64,000 bases of DNA from Negaprion brevirostris (Eukaryota). A model generated the notes under the pieces. That model was given only the letters and a program-made list of their open reading frames with translations, was not told the DNA's origin and searched no databases. A program made the position numbers and the translations under genes. Of the stretch, positions 60,383-64,000 are shown one piece after another. Positions within the stretch are counted from its first letter, which is position 1. The number at the start of each line of letters is the position of its first letter. Location: assembly GCA_030324005.1 (NCBI GenBank), contig JARDVH010000169.1, forward strand, positions 12,306,393 to 12,370,392, given 5' to 3'.

Positions 60383-63324
60383 ATGGTCTTTTCTCCTTCC
60401 TGGTGAATGAAACTCAGCTGAAACATGGACAATTGATTGCAGAAGATTAGAAAACGTGTCAATGACAGAATTCTCTATTACTCTTCTGTTTTTATTGTGT
60501 GACTCCCATCCACTAAAATAGCAGAGCAAGGAATTTGACTACCATATTAATATGACACAAGATAATTTTGGAGCTTTCATTTCTGTTTTAGTATGAAGGT
60601 TATGGTGCTTATTACCATAATTTAGTTTTGAATTTCAGTTTTACATTTAAGATCTAATTGTGGAATATTTTCTGAATAATTTCATTATCGAGCTGTATAA
60701 CAACCTGTGCACTTCTCTGCAAATGAATAGACNNNNNNNNNNCTTTGCAGGTTATATGGCACTTCATAACACCTCTGGTCAAACGTTGATGTATAGTTCA
60801 TGACATACATAGAAGTTGTGGCATATAAACAGGGATACTAGCTGACAGGATTGGATACTCTTCTCATTAGGATATTCCCTTTGGGATTAAAAATTGTATT
60901 GGATACAAGATTGAAAGATGTGAAGGGTATTGAAAGATTACTTGGCTCAGACTTTGGTGGATCCAGGAAGATGTGCGAGTTGAGGCCAAAACTACTTCAC
61001 CCCTTCCCTTTGCAGTGTAACAGTGATTTATATGCAAGTACAAAGTGAATAAACAATATACCTGGTATGTTTTCCTTTTTTTTAATCAATTCATANNNNN
61101 NNNNNACGTGAACAAACTACATGTTCCTATTGTTGATATTATTTCCAATCAACTTATATGTTCAACTGTGACATCATGTTTTACGCAAGTTACCTTGGGT
61201 CTAATGTTGAATAGATTTTCCAGCTATGATGTGAATATGATGCTGTTGTCATCAATTGAAGCATGTTTTACCAGTGATCTTTATAACTCTTTATAGAAGC
61301 TGATGCTTTTATTTTGGTGCAGTTGTCAATCAAATGTTTATTGACTTTGCAGTAATCTGGTATGAAATTGGTTAGTGTTTATTAGGTCAATAATAATTGT
61401 CACCTTGATGAGAGTTTAAGGGACTCTTGTTTTTGACCAAAGGTCCAATTATGGGTAATATGACAAAGTTTTTTCCACTTAGATATTATACTTTGGGATT
61501 TTACTTTGCTCCAGGAAATTATTCATTCTTAATTTAAAAGATAAGATATGGGTTGGAACAAGGAAGTAAGCTTTATTGTTATGATTTTTTTATTAATAAC
61601 ATTGATTTCTTTGTGAGATGTTACATGCTGATTGCAGGAGTATTTTATTTCAACAGTACTCTATATTTCTTTGTCTGATTACACATGATAAATAACACAT
61701 TAGTGACATTTAATGCATATATTGAAGTTAAATGGGGTATCTCTTTAAAGTGTTCTTGACACTTTTTAANNNNNNNNNNNNNNNNNNNNNNNNNNNNNNN
61801 NNNNNNNNNNNNNNNNNNNNNNNNNNNNNNNNNNNNNNNNNNNNNNNNNNNNNNNNNNNNNNNNNNNNNTTGACACTTTTTAACCTATGGGCTTAATGGC
61901 ATTTTTCATTTTATTCTGTAATTTGACTGTCAAAAAGTGCAGGGCTGAGTTTTCTGCAACTGCCTGATTCTAATAGAAATGGAAAAGAGGATTTTTGTCA
62001 TTTAGATCATTTTAGTGTCCAAATGGAGTTGCTGCACAAATGAACATTTACAGATTAAAATGCTACTTTTGGAATTTGGAAAAAAAAATCTCATTTGATT
62101 TGAAAATTACTTTGGAGCCATGCTCCATTTCTGCCATTAGTCTAACTGTTAACAGCTAATGAGGAGGTAAAAGGAATAAATTAATATGTAATATTTGTTC
62201 TTGAATTAATTGGGAAATGTGTGAAGTCTTTGAGATTGCAATGAGATTTTAGAAATAGCTGTGTCTTCAGCATACATCTCAACTAATGCATTTTTGTGAT
62301 GAGAGGTAACAAAAGTTTAATGCTGACACTATAAGCATCACCAGCAATTTTTGAATTAGCATGAATTATATAATTTTGAGTGCTCAGCATTATATTTCTA
62401 GTCCTTGTACAATGACATAATGGATCCTAATATTTTAGAGCTAAATTATACTTGGTGCATAGAGTTCCATTTTTCAGTAATCATTGTTCATTGCATTAAT
62501 AATAACGTAGTTAATCATTTTTGACAAAAATCAAAGTTATTGCTGGTTGTGGAAGTTTTAAATGAGCTAAATGCATTTCAGTGAGGCCTGCAAGGGCTTA
62601 CTACCACAGTGCCCTCGGAGGGGAGAGGATGTGTGTAAAGGGAACGTAGCCATGTATTTATATACACAACTGTAAAGTATGACATAGATAATCTTACAAA
62701 TTGTTTAGAAAGAATATATTAACAAATATAAATAAATTTTGAAATCTTTCTAATTTTTTTGACTTGCATGAAAACGTATTAAATACGTAACGAAAATGTA
62801 TTAATGTTGTAAGTAAGCAGGCATCTCTTTTGATTCTTCCTCTTAAAGGTGGAAACTTTTTTTTGCCATATTTTTCTTCCCTTCTGATGATATCATAGCG
62901 CCTGCTCAGCCACAGGCCCACAGTTTCTGGCAGTTACCCAGTACATCTTCCAAGTAATCATTCTTGTGTGGGTCGAGGGCAGGCTATANNNNNNNNNNGT
63001 ATTCAGCTGTTACCTTTCATACTATATCCTAATGGCTACCTTCTTTCTGTGTTCAGCTACATTGTTGTTGTTTTTACCAGAGTGAAAGAAATCTTGACTT
63101 TTTCCAATCGTCTTTCTTTTGTGTACAAATTTTGCATCCACAATTTTTATGATGTTCTTAAAAATATTTTGAAACATTACTTTAGAATGTGCAAATGGGA
63201 GAAAATAGGTTGCATGTTGGCTGAATGTCACGGGGATGAAGTATAATACTTCTAAAAAGTCTTCATTTGCTTTTACAAATAGTTTCAACACTTGAATTCA
63301 AGATTGAAACTTAATACAGACAAG

Positions 63325-63860
63325 TAACATAGTTGTTATGTTACTGGACTAGTAATCCAGAAATGGGAGTTCAAATCTCAAAGCTGTGCTATAGACCTCC
63401 ATGATTGTGCCCACCATGACAGTAGATTTAGATTCAGTTAATTAAATAAATCTGGATAATGAAACTCGTACCACTAGTGACCATTTAACTACCAAATTGT
63501 CATAAAAACCCATATGATTCATGGATTTCCTTTAGGGAAGGAAATCTGCTGTTCTTACTCAATCCTGGCAGAAATTGTGACTCCAGATGGAAGTGGTTGA
63601 CTCTTAACCATCCTTGGTCTAGAAAGCCATTCAATTTCCAAGGTGGTGGCCTGTCACTACCTTCTTAAGTCATTTGGAAAGGAATTGGATTATATTGCAC
63701 TTTCGGGAATTTACAATTTGAACTGATATGGAATGCAATTTTACAAACTTCTGTGAATAAAGTATATTTTTGGTTAACAAAAAGTCACCACCCTCAAGGG
63801 CAATTAGGGTTGGGCAATAAATGTTCGTCTTGCTCACAACACCATATCTGTGAATGATTG
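63325..63860 (+). mobile_element. tRNA-derived SINE (family of 52190-52466) with internal insertion
   Basis: ttactggactagtaatccag...gagttcaaatc, then ctttagggaaggaaatctgctgttcttac, and tail gggcaattagggttgggcaataaatg. Confidence 0.8.
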
Positions 63861-64000
63861 AAACAAGTTCAATTGTTGCACTGGAAAAAAGTTCAGAAAA
63901 AATTCCCTAGGCTGGATTAAAGGGATTATTTTATGAGGAAAAGTTGAGCAGGTTGGACCTGCTGATTCTGAGGGGGCTTATTAAAATGTAAAATTTTACA

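Noticed and set aside
60743-60810. ctttgcAG followed by a short frame (GYMALHNTSGQTLMYSS*) as a terminal exon
   Set aside because: The acceptor context is hidden by a 10-N gap, the peptide is unrecognised and there is no supporting upstream exon.
3376-63246. Long ORFs in the track containing X runs (e.g. 44406-45035, 24180-24758, 59555-60109)
   Set aside because: They are open only because they run through N gaps, and the flanks are SINE/MITE or non-coding sequence.
1-64000. CRISPR arrays, operons, prokaryotic or viral gene clusters
   Set aside because: No regularly spaced repeats and no dense intact ORFs. The content is vertebrate interspersed repeats.

Overview
This is eukaryotic, AT-rich, non-coding DNA from a cartilaginous fish, most likely a shark. 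That inference rests on the repeat content: HE1-type V-SINEs with CR1/HER1-like tails, many CR1 and L2 LINE fragments, Rex1/Babar LINEs and shark-type GC-rich MITEs. It is a draft scaffold with many N gaps, several of exactly 10 or 100 N. I could not identify an intact protein-coding gene, tRNA, rRNA or CRISPR array, so the window looks like a very large intron or gene desert. Recognisable content: CR1, L2 and Rex1 LINE fragments; several SINE families; two decayed Gypsy LTR elements, one internally rearranged; a DIRS RT fragment; a Penelope-like element plus several Penelope-type ends carrying minimal hammerhead-ribozyme cores; and a 240-bp inverted duplication. Between the obvious repeats are five stop-riddled minus-strand reading frames whose motif order resembles ancient DNA transposases (Academ, Sola3-like, AcademH/DUF6589, MULE), some with intact splice signals. 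There is also a Pbx-Hox/Meis motif cluster that may be an enhancer. All family calls are by-eye motif recognition without database searches, and most repeat boundaries are approximate. I found no confident evidence of a wholly new biological system. The best leads are the hammerhead-bearing fold-back element, the transposase fossils and the putative enhancer.
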